The position numbers and the translations under genes were made by a program. The notes below the pieces were generated by a model, which saw only the letters and a list, made by a program, of their open reading frames with translations, was not told where the DNA came from and did not search any database. Shown piece after piece: positions 9,627 through 19,273 of a DNA stretch of 64,000 bases. Each line of letters starts with the position of its first letter. The first letter of the stretch is position 1. Source of the stretch: an uncultured bacterium (GTDB taxonomy: Bacteria > Margulisbacteria > Marinamargulisbacteria > SXXA01); the NCBI GenBank assembly GCA_903864835.1, contig CAIPHK010000004.1:64448-128447 (forward strand), written 5' to 3'.

Positions 9627-10187
9627 ATGAATTCGAAGCGTGTTTTATGGGGTATTTTAGCTGTTGTAGCGGTTGTCTTTTTTTGGGGACTATCGATTAA
9701 TAACCGATTGGTTACCCTTGATGAAGCGACCACTTCACAGTGGGCTCAGGTTGAGAATCAATTGCAACGTCGGTACGATTTGATACCGAATTTGGTTAAC
9801 TCTGTGAAGGGTTATGCGGCCCATGAATCTAAAGTATTTAGTGCGATAGCAGAGGCCCGTTCCAAATTGGCAGGCGCAAAAACCCCCGATGCAAAAATTG
9901 CTGCATCAGGTCAGATGGAATCTGCATTATCCCGGTTGTTGATGGTGGTAGAAAACTACCCGAACTTGAAGGCAGACCAATCATTTAATCGATTGATGGA
10001 TGAGTTGGCCGGATCTGAAAATCGGATTTCGGTTGAACGTAATCGATACAATGAGCATGTAAGAGAATACAATCTGAACATGCGCAAATTTCCTAATCGA
10101 ATTATTGTGGGAATGTTGGGTTTTAAAGCCCGGTCCTATTTTGAAGTCGACGCAAAGGCAAAAGAAACCCCTAAAGTCGAATTCTAA
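9627..10187 (+). CDS. lemA: LemA family protein.
   Basis: N-terminal TM segment followed by a LemA domain. The RBS ggaggg lies 10 nt upstream of the ATG at 9627. Confidence 0.85.
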   Translation: MNSKRVLWGILAVVAVVFFWGLSINNRLVTLDEATTSQWAQVENQLQRRYDLIPNLVNSVKGYAAHESKVFSAIAEARSKLAGAKTPDAKIAASGQMESALSRLLMVVENYPNLKADQSFNRLMDELAGSENRISVERNRYNEHVREYNLNMRKFPNRIIVGMLGFKARSYFEVDAKAKETPKVEF

Positions 10188-10942
10188 TGGAGTTGCTTCG
10201 CTTGGAATCTGTGGACTACACCATTTCAGGCGAAACGATCCTCGATAACGTGAGTCTGTCCATTGGGGGGAAAGATTTTTTATCGATAATTGGACCCAAC
10301 GGTGGGGGGAAGTCGACCTTACTTCAGTTGATCGTTGGGCTTATATCACCGAGCCGAGGCACCATCTCCTTGATGGGAGAGGCGCCCAAAGTGGGACGGT
10401 CAAAAATTGGATACCTTCCCCAATATACCGAATTTGATCGTGCATTTCCGATTTCGGTCGAAGAAACGGTCGCATTGGCAACCCTCCAAAATCGGTGGCG
10501 TGGATTTTTATCGAAGGGCGACTTTGATCGCGCCCATCATTGGTTAGGTCAGGTAGGGGCGGTGCATTTGGCGAAACGAAACCTCCGCCACTTATCCGGG
10601 GGCGAGCGTCAGAGGGTGTTATTGGCGCGTGCGTTGATTAATGAGCCCCAGCTCCTCATATTGGATGAGCCAACCGCGGCAGTGGATACGGAAGGCGAGA
10701 AACAGTTTTATGATATTTTAGGAGAGTTGAATCATACGATGGCCATTATTATGGTAACCCATGATTTGACGGCCGTATCGGCGATTAGCCGGTCAGTGGC
10801 CTGTTTAAATAAACGATTGTATTACCATGGCGATGCCCATTTGGAGCATGCCGATATTGCCGAAGCGTATCAGTGTCCAGTAGATCTTATTGCGCATGGG
10901 CATCCCCATCGAATTTTCCCCCGGCATGATCACGCTTCTTAA
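10187..10942 (+). CDS. Metal (Zn/Mn) ABC transporter ATP-binding protein.
   Basis: Walker A GPNGGGKST, the ABC signature LSGGERQRV, and Walker B LLILDEP, all ZnuC/MntB-like. The start overlaps the lemA stop. Confidence 0.85.
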   Translation: MELLRLESVDYTISGETILDNVSLSIGGKDFLSIIGPNGGGKSTLLQLIVGLISPSRGTISLMGEAPKVGRSKIGYLPQYTEFDRAFPISVEETVALATLQNRWRGFLSKGDFDRAHHWLGQVGAVHLAKRNLRHLSGGERQRVLLARALINEPQLLILDEPTAAVDTEGEKQFYDILGELNHTMAIIMVTHDLTAVSAISRSVACLNKRLYYHGDAHLEHADIAEAYQCPVDLIAHGHPHRIFPRHDHAS

Positions 10943-11729
10943 CGATCCGCTACTCACGTATCCTCTTGCGGCGGCGCTGCTGTCGGGTATTGCCTGTGGG
11001 GTGGTGGGAATATTTGTGGTAGTGAAGCGAATTTCTAATATCACAGGTAGTATTGCGCACTCTGCATTTGGCGGGATTGGTGTGGCGCAGTATCTGGGCA
11101 TTCCGTCTATTGTGGGTGCGCTTGTGGCGGGGTGGGTCTCTGGAATTGCGATGGCGTTAGTTCGTCGGCATTTTAAACAAAACGAAGATATCCTTATTGG
11201 AATGATTTGGGTGATGGGGATGGCACTTGGGTTGTTGATGCTTCATTTTTCAACCGGGTACACCAGCGACTTATTTGGGCTTCTGTTTGGCAATATTTTA
11301 CTGATCACAAAGGCTGACATTATTCGGCTGTTTATTTGGGATATTGCGATTGTGGGGGGCTTGATCGCCTTTTTTAGAATGCTCCAAGCGGTGGTGTTTG
11401 ATGAGTTGTTTGCGACTGTGACAAATTTGCCAGTGGCGACGATTAACTACGTACTGATATCGGTGGTCGCAATCTCAACTATTTTGTTGATCAAAGCGGT
11501 CGGGATGATTTTGGTGATTGCGTTGATTACGTTACCTGCTGCCACTGCGATGAATTTATCTAACCGATTTGGGCTTGCGATTGTCATCTCAATCGGGGTG
11601 GGTATTGTGGCGAACTTGGCAGGAATTTTTGCCTCATTTGCCTTTGATCTACCGGTGGCACCGATTATTGTATTGGTGCTGATGGGTTTTTACGTGGGAT
11701 CGATAGGGGTTAATCGGCTGAGGTCTTAG
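10926..11729 (+). CDS. Metal ABC transporter permease (ZnuB/MntC-like).
   Basis: A polytopic membrane protein of the ABC-3 family. The preferred start is ATG at 10926, overlapping the upstream stop by 17 nt. The track ORF begins at 10890. Confidence 0.8.
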   Translation: MITLLNDPLLTYPLAAALLSGIACGVVGIFVVVKRISNITGSIAHSAFGGIGVAQYLGIPSIVGALVAGWVSGIAMALVRRHFKQNEDILIGMIWVMGMALGLLMLHFSTGYTSDLFGLLFGNILLITKADIIRLFIWDIAIVGGLIAFFRMLQAVVFDELFATVTNLPVATINYVLISVVAISTILLIKAVGMILVIALITLPAATAMNLSNRFGLAIVISIGVGIVANLAGIFASFAFDLPVAPIIVLVLMGFYVGSIGVNRLRS

Positions 11730-11962
11730 TACCTTGGCTCTTTTAATCCAAACTCACCCTCTCCCCCAAATTTCCCGTTCGGGGAATTTGAGGATCTCCC
11801 TCTCTACGCACAAGCGCATAGAGGGAGAAAAATAAAATATAAATGATCCAATTTGCCCCCTCTATCCGAATTTTCGGAGAGAGGCGGGCCCCTCAATAAA
11901 ATACCGGGGTCCCCGTAAAAGTACACTGAACGTAGCGATGGTTTTTAATACGCCCAAAAAAT

Positions 11963-11992
11963 AAAAAACCCCTCGGAAGAGGGGCTTTTTTT
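11963..11992. terminator. Rho-independent terminator hairpin (aaaaaacccctcggaagaggggcttttttt) that is symmetric and likely bidirectional.
   Basis: A GC-rich 7-bp stem with a 4-nt loop is flanked by A-runs and T-runs. It lies between the ABC permease (+) and the small ORF at 12019..12210 (-). Confidence 0.6.
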
Positions 11993-12018
11993 AATGGGTT
12001 ACAAGTCGGACAATCTGT

Positions 12019-12210
12019 CTACTTGATTTTGTCCCAGTCTGTCTTGCTACAAAACTTGGTCAATTGACGATCTTTGTACTTTGCGCGAAATGCATAGCGA
12101 GTTTGCTCACTGCCGTCTTTTAATTTTCGTTCATACTTTGTTTTTGTGATATCTGTTTCTTCGATGTTAACTTTCTTTCGTTCTTTAACATCATAAAATT
12201 CGATTGCCAT
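12019..12210 (-). CDS. Small Lys/Glu-rich hypothetical protein of 63 aa.
   Basis: The RBS ggagga lies 8 nt upstream of the ATG on the minus strand. The terminator sits directly downstream. Confidence 0.5.
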   Translation of the reverse strand: MAIEFYDVKERKKVNIEETDITKTKYERKLKDGSEQTRYAFRAKYKDRQLTKFCSKTDWDKIK

Positions 12211-12342
12211 AACTATCCTCCAGCTTTAGTTGAGTCCGTTGTGTCGGACGAGTGAGTTAACCCGAGTTATAGAAAAATCGAGGAACCACGTTTTTACATC
12301 TATTACAATAATGATTTTGGTACGATTTAGCAAGGAGTAGAT

Positions 12343-14958
12343 TTATTGCTTAAGTACGGCGATTTTTTGGCGCAACGTAATGGTTCCAGAGTCGTCGGAA
12401 AATGTCACGATTGCGATGTAAGTTCCGTTTGGAACAATATCTCCAGAATTATCCTTACCGTCCCATGACAGTTCATCATTATACCCAGCCAGTAAACTGG
12501 TTATCTGCTTAGAACGGATTTTGTGGTATCTCAGATCATAGATTCTCAATTCGCCGGACTGGGCCGGTCGGCTTAGTATAAAGGCGAGTTTGCAGCTTGT
12601 GGAGGAGCGGGGATCAAATGGATTGGGGTAGGCCAATAAATGAGATCGGGTGCCGACAGTCTGGGCACTGAGGGTGGAATCAGTCCGAAGCCCAATTGAG
12701 CGAGTGGATACGGCTGACAGGGTGTTTTTGATCGATGCGATAACATCCAGTGTGGCGTTGATTGGCAGTAGATAGACCGGCACAGCGTAGGCAACCGTCG
12801 GTAGATCAATCGCAAATGCGGACGGGCTGGAGATATAGGCAACGGTTACGGATTGGGTCGCCGTCTGAAAGGTAAGCTGGAGCGAATTGATCGACACTCC
12901 GATCGGATCGGCGAGGGAGAGTCTGACTTGAGAACCTTGTCCCATAAAGTCGTTTGGTACGGTGATAAATGTGATGACGGGCGAGGCTGCGCTGCCGATG
13001 GGGATATTTTGGGTTCCTGAATTGCCCAGTAAATCACTGGCAAAAATGGCCAATGTCCCCGAAATTGATGGGACGTACCCAAATTCAGTGAGAGTGATCT
13101 GTAGCATTGACCCATTTACAGACACCGACGTCGGATTGCTAGCAATTGTTTTGAGGACCGATGACCCCGTTGCCGTGTAAGAAACACGGATGCTGGATGT
13201 GGCAATACCAGAAATATCGTAGATATTCAGGGTGGCGATACCCGCTAACTGATCGTTGATGTAGCTATTGGGGGTAGTAAGCGTCGGGGCGGTGATGTCA
13301 GTCACTGCAATTTCAAAGTCAGGGAGTGACGTTTGGTTATTGTTAAGATCAATAGCGGATATCTTTAATTTGATTGCGTCGACGGTGATTCCCGGGGTTG
13401 AAATTTGGAGTGTATAGATTGAATTGCCAATGGCACTGATCGTCGGTGTTTCAGACCGAATCAATGTTGAATGGGCATAAAAATTAGCAGTCGCGTTGAC
13501 AACGGGTGCGATCACAAAATTGTCGGTTGCGCCTAATTGAATGGTTAAGTGTGAATCGCTGTTACATCGTGTGGGAATATTTGCGGACGTGATCGATGGC
13601 GCGATGGTGTCCGAAGTGATGGCCGTCAATAAACGGTAGGTGTTAATCAATCCGTATCCATATTGGGGGTCCTTGCCCGGAGATCCTAAATCGTCCGAAT
13701 AGGTCTGTAGAAGGGTTTTGACATTCGCAACAGTGAGCCGGGGTTGAAGGCTTTTGAGCAATCCAATCACGCCGGATACCACCGGTGTTGCCATGGAGGT
13801 TCCCGATGAAAAGGCGTAGGCGCTAGAACTTCCGGTCATCGTGGATGCAATCTTGGTTCCCGGTGCACTGACCCAAATGGCACTTCCAAAATTGCTATAC
13901 GTGCTATCGAATACGTTGGCGCTGGTTGCCGATACGGCGATCACTTCAGGAAATGAGGCCGGGATGGACGGCGTAATATCCATGTTGTCCGATTCGTTCC
14001 CAGCCGCCGCGACAGTGACGACATTCGCACTGGTGGCGGTCTGGATGGCGGCGCGATACAGGTAGTCATCGCTACTGGCTGAGCCGCCTAAGCTCATATT
14101 GATAATGCTGGCGCCCATCTCGGTTGCGTATTCGACGCCTGCGACCAACGCGGCGGTCGTAAATAACCCTTGGTTGGAGATGTTGGCCTTGATGGTCATC
14201 AATTTGCAATTGGGACAGATGCCTGCAATCCCTTTTGAATTGTTCAGCTTGGCGGCAATAATTCCGGCGACGTGGGACCCGTGAAATATATCCCCATTGA
14301 CCGACCCGCTCTGGGGTCCACCCGATGTCACCCCGGTATTGGCCCCGTTGATATCGTCGATGTATCCGTTGCTATCATTATCGATTCCGTCGACGGTCTC
14401 ATTGGGGTTGACCCACAGGCTATCGATTAGATCTTCGTGGGTGATGTTCGTGCCAGTATCAATAACGGCGATTATTATATTTTGGGTTCCCGTCGTGATA
14501 TCCCACGCCTCATCTGTATGGGTTAAATTAATAAAATTGTTTCCTGTTGACGATAGTGGATCGTTGGGGACGATGGTGCTGGTTTGATATATGTAATTGG
14601 GTTGGACATATTGAATGGTCTCTTTTGCAATACGTCCGCTGTTCCATGTTTTAGAAAAGACTTCAGGATCAATTCCCGACTTTAATTGAATCCGTCGGAG
14701 GTTAACCTCCCTAGTTCCGACTCTCTTTTTGACGTGAATGCCTTGAATCCGGGATAGGAGTCGAATTCCACCGGGAAACGCTTCTTGAATTTTCGACACT
14801 GCCGGATCATCTTCTATATTTCTGAAGAAGCCGGTGGGGCCGGCACTGATGCCCGGCTTGGACACCACCAGTACCTCGTTGGGCATATACTTTCCGACCC
14901 CAAGGATCGGAAGTGACATCGTAATGACTGCGAGAAGAGTACTGAACCCTTTACTCAT
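12343..14958 (-). CDS. Secreted subtilisin-like serine protease (peptidase S8) with extra beta-rich domains and a T9SS-type C-terminal sorting domain.
   Basis: Signal peptide, then the S8 catalytic triad regions (DTG..., HGSHVAG, GTSMATP). The C-terminus, ...YPNPFDPRSSTSCKLAFILSRPAQSGELRIYDLRYHKIRS...GTYIAIVTF..., matches the Por_Secre_tail (TIGR04183-like) pattern. Confidence 0.85.
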   Translation of the reverse strand: MSKGFSTLLAVITMSLPILGVGKYMPNEVLVVSKPGISAGPTGFFRNIEDDPAVSKIQEAFPGGIRLLSRIQGIHVKKRVGTREVNLRRIQLKSGIDPEVFSKTWNSGRIAKETIQYVQPNYIYQTSTIVPNDPLSSTGNNFINLTHTDEAWDITTGTQNIIIAVIDTGTNITHEDLIDSLWVNPNETVDGIDNDSNGYIDDINGANTGVTSGGPQSGSVNGDIFHGSHVAGIIAAKLNNSKGIAGICPNCKLMTIKANISNQGLFTTAALVAGVEYATEMGASIINMSLGGSASSDDYLYRAAIQTATSANVVTVAAAGNESDNMDITPSIPASFPEVIAVSATSANVFDSTYSNFGSAIWVSAPGTKIASTMTGSSSAYAFSSGTSMATPVVSGVIGLLKSLQPRLTVANVKTLLQTYSDDLGSPGKDPQYGYGLINTYRLLTAITSDTIAPSITSANIPTRCNSDSHLTIQLGATDNFVIAPVVNATANFYAHSTLIRSETPTISAIGNSIYTLQISTPGITVDAIKLKISAIDLNNNQTSLPDFEIAVTDITAPTLTTPNSYINDQLAGIATLNIYDISGIATSSIRVSYTATGSSVLKTIASNPTSVSVNGSMLQITLTEFGYVPSISGTLAIFASDLLGNSGTQNIPIGSAASPVITFITVPNDFMGQGSQVRLSLADPIGVSINSLQLTFQTATQSVTVAYISSPSAFAIDLPTVAYAVPVYLLPINATLDVIASIKNTLSAVSTRSIGLRTDSTLSAQTVGTRSHLLAYPNPFDPRSSTSCKLAFILSRPAQSGELRIYDLRYHKIRSKQITSLLAGYNDELSWDGKDNSGDIVPNGTYIAIVTFSDDSGTITLRQKIAVLKQ

Positions 14959-16165
14959 CCCGTTGCCGCATAGTGGACCGAATTTCTAATATTTTTTTGA
15001 CCATCGGAAAAATTTCGGATTCGTCGAGATCCCGCCAATAGACGATCCATTTGGGGAACTTCATGCACCCGTCACATTCCCGCAGATAGAAACTCGCCAG
15101 TGGATTAACGGGGGTGGAGCGCCATACCAATTTTGGATATTGTTCCACCACTTTTTGCCATAAACTCCGACCCAGGCCGGTGCCTTCAGACGTTTTGGCG
15201 ACCGCTATTTTATCGAGATAGGGGATACCCCTAATTTTTTTGATAATGGCTACACCCTCATAATTTTTCTCAATGAGGACCATCTTGATTTTGTCTTCAA
15301 AAAAATCGTCGACTAATGTTTTTCCAAACGCATCTTCTAAAAGGCATTTCATTCGTTCTTTATCCAAGTCCGCCATTTTTGATGTGGCGGTAATGGAATA
15401 TTTTTTTACAAAAGTGCCGCTTCCCTTAATTGTAAATATTTCTTTGAGAAGGTTGTCCGGCGACGTAAAAATGGCGGCACAATCGGGGGATTTTTTGAGT
15501 ACCTGACGGACCTCTCGCACGATTGGCTTCATCTCGGTTTTAACATGACTCCATTCTTTGCGTTGGGATAGATTCAAAAACGGAAGAATGGCATCGTTTT
15601 GATCTAAAATGCCCCCGACTTCGGTAATCAGGATATATTTAATGGGATTTAATTCATGCACTAATAAGTGGCTTAATTCTTCGGCGTTAACAAAGACCCG
15701 TCGTCGATTGCGGCGACCAAAGGGACTAATGATTGGCAATCGATCCATCTCCAACACACCATTGATAGGCTCGTGATCGAGCGTCCAATTCGAGGGTCGA
15801 GGGGAAGTGACATCCACGATATTTTCTACAATTTCAGCATTACCGCCGTATCGTGTGAGGGCCTCGATTAACTGAGTAGCGGTGGGCAGAAACCGTTTTC
15901 CTGCAGCAGAATCGGAAATTGGGGATTGGATGGAGTCGGAATAGGAATCGTTTTTCATATCCAAGATGACGACGGGATAGATTCCCATATGTTGCATAAA
16001 CGAGAGGCTTTCAGCGATGTCTTCCAACTGGGTTTCAATGATGTTGGTACTGACCCGAAGTACCGCAAACTGGTTGCGGGGTACCACGTTAAATCGTTGA
16101 ATAAAGAGTTCGATTTCTTGGGATTTTCCGACTTTTTCGAAAAACTTGAGAAGGAGATTGCGCAT
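14951..16165 (-). CDS. argA: N-acetylglutamate synthase, vertebrate-like type (degenerate amino-acid-kinase domain plus a DUF619-type NAT domain).
   Basis: 404 aa. The N-terminal AAK-like fold lacks the canonical K/GG phosphate-binding residues. The C-terminus, ...LGRSLWQKVVEQYPKLVWRSTPVNP...FPKWIVYW, resembles the NAGS NAT domain. Its ATG overlaps the purE TAA stop as TAATG. Confidence 0.65.
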   Translation of the reverse strand: MRNLLLKFFEKVGKSQEIELFIQRFNVVPRNQFAVLRVSTNIIETQLEDIAESLSFMQHMGIYPVVILDMKNDSYSDSIQSPISDSAAGKRFLPTATQLIEALTRYGGNAEIVENIVDVTSPRPSNWTLDHEPINGVLEMDRLPIISPFGRRNRRRVFVNAEELSHLLVHELNPIKYILITEVGGILDQNDAILPFLNLSQRKEWSHVKTEMKPIVREVRQVLKKSPDCAAIFTSPDNLLKEIFTIKGSGTFVKKYSITATSKMADLDKERMKCLLEDAFGKTLVDDFFEDKIKMVLIEKNYEGVAIIKKIRGIPYLDKIAVAKTSEGTGLGRSLWQKVVEQYPKLVWRSTPVNPLASFYLRECDGCMKFPKWIVYWRDLDESEIFPMVKKILEIRSTMRQRDE

Positions 16166-16680
16166 TATTGCGGCAATGAATCCAGTGGATCAACCAATTG
16201 GTTGCTGCGGATGGCGTCCATCACTTTTTCTTCAAGCACTTTTTTGTATAGGGCAACTTTTTCAATAAGGGAAGCATCGCCGGTTGAAAGTATTTGGACG
16301 GCCAATAGTCCCGCGTTGAATGCGCCGTTAATGGCGACCGTGGCGACCGGGACGCCGGTGGGCATTTGTACGATGGATAATAATGAATCCCATCCATCGA
16401 TTGAATTGCTCGATCGAATAGGGACGCCGACCACGGGCAACGGCGTGATGGCGGCGACCATGCCGGGAAGATGGGCAGCACCGCCAGCACCCGCAATGAT
16501 GACTTTGAGTCCTCGGTCTACAGCCGTTTGAGCGTAGGTCACTAGCCGATCTGGGGTTCGGTGGGCGGAGACAATGGTGAGCTCCGCGTTGATATTAAAT
16601 TCTTTTAGGGCATCTTGGGCTAATCTCATGATCTCAAGATCGGATTGACTACCCATGATGATTCCGACTACTGGATTCAT
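16165..16680 (-). CDS. purE: N5-carboxyaminoimidazole ribonucleotide mutase.
   Basis: 171 aa with the class I PurE motifs GSQSD and [13 protein letters not shown]. Its ATG overlaps the purK TGA stop as ATGA. Confidence 0.92.
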   Translation of the reverse strand: MNPVVGIIMGSQSDLEIMRLAQDALKEFNINAELTIVSAHRTPDRLVTYAQTAVDRGLKVIIAGAGGAAHLPGMVAAITPLPVVGVPIRSSNSIDGWDSLLSIVQMPTGVPVATVAINGAFNAGLLAVQILSTGDASLIEKVALYKKVLEEKVMDAIRSNQLVDPLDSLPQ

Positions 16681-17816
16681 TGTGTAACTACCTCAAGTGA
16701 ACGCTGAATGTCGTCGGCAATCGAAAGTCCATCCGATACCGAAGGGTTCAGTATAGTGATGTGTCCCATTTTTCGAAAGGATTTTGTCATTTTTTTTCCG
16801 TATAAATGGACAAAGACGTTGGGATGGGCGAGCCATCGATCCAAATTGGTATATCTCACGGGGCCTGAAACGCCTTGTTTGCCCAAAAGATTGACCATTA
16901 CCGCGGGGGATTCCGTGACGTTAGTTCCCAGTGGCAATCCCATTACGGCCCGAATATGCTGTTCAAATTGAGAATGGGCACAACTTTCGATGGTGTGATG
17001 GCCGCTGTTGTGAGGTCGAGGGGCGCATTCATTAATGAGGAGTTGCCCCGACTGGGATATCATAAATTCAACGGCTAAAATCCCGACAACGCCCAATGTT
17101 GACGCGAGATCCGATGCAATGGTGACGGCTTCCGAGGCAAGTTTAGGTTCGATTCGGGCGGGGCTAATTAATGTTTTGAGCAAGTGGGCGTCGGGGTCAG
17201 CAATTAATTCAACGGGCTGAAATGTGCGAATTTCACCATTGTGTCCGCGACATACGATGACCGACAATTCCATTGCGATATCGACCCAACTTTCGATGAT
17301 ACTGGGGTCGTCGAATGCGGAACCGATGTCGTCTGAAGACCGGAGTTTGTAGACCCCTTTTCCGTCATAGCCCATCCTGCACAATTTCTGGATTGCCGGT
17401 AAAAAATCGGTGTGGGAGTACAGCTCATCTCGGGACCCAATACGCCGAAAATCGGCGGTAGGGAACCCATGGGTTTTATAGAATTGTTTTTGGAGCCCCT
17501 TGTCTTGGATCAGCCGAATACACCGGCTACTTGGCGCAACGATTTTGCCCTCTGATTCCAGAATTTCTAACGCGTCGCAATTGATATGTTCGAATTCGGT
17601 GGTGACCCGGTCAAATCGTCTCCCAAATTGAACCACATCGTCGAAGTTTAACAGGGACCCATGGTGAAGATCGTGAGTGGCGATGCTGCAGGGGGCGTCG
17701 GGATCGGAATCCAAGACACTGCAACTCAGATTGAGGGTTCGTGCGGACTGAATCATCATCAGACCCAATTGGCCGCCGCCTAAAATGCCGAGGCGCTCGT
17801 TTAGTGGTGAAGTCAT
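16677..17816 (-). CDS. purK: N5-carboxyaminoimidazole ribonucleotide synthase.
   Basis: 379-aa ATP-grasp enzyme of the PurK family. It ends in TGA, which confirms that TGA acts as a stop codon here. Confidence 0.9.
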   Translation of the reverse strand: MTSPLNERLGILGGGQLGLMMIQSARTLNLSCSVLDSDPDAPCSIATHDLHHGSLLNFDDVVQFGRRFDRVTTEFEHINCDALEILESEGKIVAPSSRCIRLIQDKGLQKQFYKTHGFPTADFRRIGSRDELYSHTDFLPAIQKLCRMGYDGKGVYKLRSSDDIGSAFDDPSIIESWVDIAMELSVIVCRGHNGEIRTFQPVELIADPDAHLLKTLISPARIEPKLASEAVTIASDLASTLGVVGILAVEFMISQSGQLLINECAPRPHNSGHHTIESCAHSQFEQHIRAVMGLPLGTNVTESPAVMVNLLGKQGVSGPVRYTNLDRWLAHPNVFVHLYGKKMTKSFRKMGHITILNPSVSDGLSIADDIQRSLEVVTQ

Positions 17817-17926
17817 TATCTTTTAAAAATTATCACAGTAGGGACTATCGTGACAAAATTAATGAAGGTTCCAGGAACCTACGCAAGTCCGATGTGCCAG
17901 GTTGACGCAGCAGCCCGGATAATAAG

Positions 17927-19186
17927 TTGAACGTCAGGGACATTTTTGGGTATCCTACCACGCCTATGAAACCACTCAATCGTTACGTTAATGCCCTTGT
18001 TGTGATCGCGGCTCTTGGCTATTTTGTTGATATTTATGATCTTATTTTGTTCAGTATTGTCCGTGTGCCCAGCTTAAAATCGTTAGGACTTACCGGCTCG
18101 GAATTATTTGATAGTGGGATTTTTTTGCTCAATACCCAGATGGCCGGGATGTTGGTCGGTGGGTTGTTGTGGGGCATTTTAGGCGACAAGCGTGGACGGG
18201 TCTCGGTTTTATTTGGATCGATTTTGATGTACTCGCTTGCCAATATCGCCAACGGATTTGTTCAGTCAGTTGAAATGTATGCGTTGTTACGCTTTGTCGC
18301 CGGGGTTGGGTTGGCTGGGGAGCTAGGGGCGGGCATCACGTTGGTTGCGGAAACATTGCCCAAAGAGACCAGAGGGTGGGGCACCATGATTATTGGAGGG
18401 GTTGGGATCAGTGGTGCGATTCTCGCCGGGGTTATTGCAGAACATTTTGATTGGCGAACCTGTTATTTCATTGGGGGCGGATTGGGATTATTGCTACTGT
18501 TACTTCGGGCGGGTGCGTATGAATCGGGGATGTTTAAGGCCACAACAGAAAAATCCGTTGCTCGGGGACAGTTTTTTCAGTTGTTCGCATCCAAAGAACG
18601 ATTTTTGAGGTACTTGTGTTGTATTTTGATTGGGATGCCGACCTGGTATGTCATTGGCATTTTGGTGACCTTTTCTCCAGAATTGGGGGCGGCCTTGGGT
18701 GTGCCGGGGACGATTGTGGCGGGGCGATCCGTCATGATGGCCTACGCGGGGTTGGTGGTTGGGGATATTATTAGCGGATTATTAAGTCAGTATTTGCGGT
18801 CCCGTAAGACGGTCATCGGTGCCTTTTTGGGTGCGACCGTCGTGGGCGTTGCGGGCTACTTCTTGTTTCCCTATCATTCAGTCGCTCAATTTTATTGGGC
18901 CTGTTTTGGTTTGGGTATTTCGGTCGGATACTGGGCGTTGTTTGTGACGGTCGCTGCGGAGCAATTTGGCACCAATTTAAGAGCGACTGTGGCGACGACG
19001 GCCCCTAATTTTATTCGGGCATCGTTGATTCCTCTGATTATCTTGTTTGGATATTTAAAGATTTGGATGGGTCCGATTCATTCGGCAATGGTTGTCGGGG
19101 CAATCAGTATCGGAATTGCCGCTGTTGCCCTGGCGCCGATGAAGGATACGTTTGATACGGATTTGGATTATATCGAGGGAGAATGA
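17927..19186 (+). CDS. MFS transporter.
   Basis: About 12 TM helices with MFS motifs such as GxLxDRxGR-like GILGDKRGR. The true start may be the Met at about 17966. Confidence 0.8.
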   Translation: MNVRDIFGYPTTPMKPLNRYVNALVVIAALGYFVDIYDLILFSIVRVPSLKSLGLTGSELFDSGIFLLNTQMAGMLVGGLLWGILGDKRGRVSVLFGSILMYSLANIANGFVQSVEMYALLRFVAGVGLAGELGAGITLVAETLPKETRGWGTMIIGGVGISGAILAGVIAEHFDWRTCYFIGGGLGLLLLLLRAGAYESGMFKATTEKSVARGQFFQLFASKERFLRYLCCILIGMPTWYVIGILVTFSPELGAALGVPGTIVAGRSVMMAYAGLVVGDIISGLLSQYLRSRKTVIGAFLGATVVGVAGYFLFPYHSVAQFYWACFGLGISVGYWALFVTVAAEQFGTNLRATVATTAPNFIRASLIPLIILFGYLKIWMGPIHSAMVVGAISIGIAAVALAPMKDTFDTDLDYIEGE

Positions 19187-19214
19187 GTCACCGGTTCCCA
19201 CCCGTTGCCTTGTG

Positions 19215-19268
19215 GCTTCACCTCACCCCGGCCGGAGGGCGGGGTGAGGTGGGGCACCTTTTTTATTT
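19215..19268. terminator. Bidirectional Rho-independent terminator between convergent transporter genes.
   Basis: A perfect inverted repeat cacctcaccccg-gccggagggc-ggggtgaggtg is followed by ttttttatt. On the opposite strand an A-run follows. Confidence 0.65.
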
Positions 19269-19273
19269 AGGGG

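Noticed and set aside
9317-9733. Minus-strand ORFs with poly-Pro / PPPPNPP translations opposite the Gly-rich tail of the TPM protein.
   Set aside because: They are the antisense reading of the GGC/GGT-rich glycine tail of a confidently identified TPM-domain gene.
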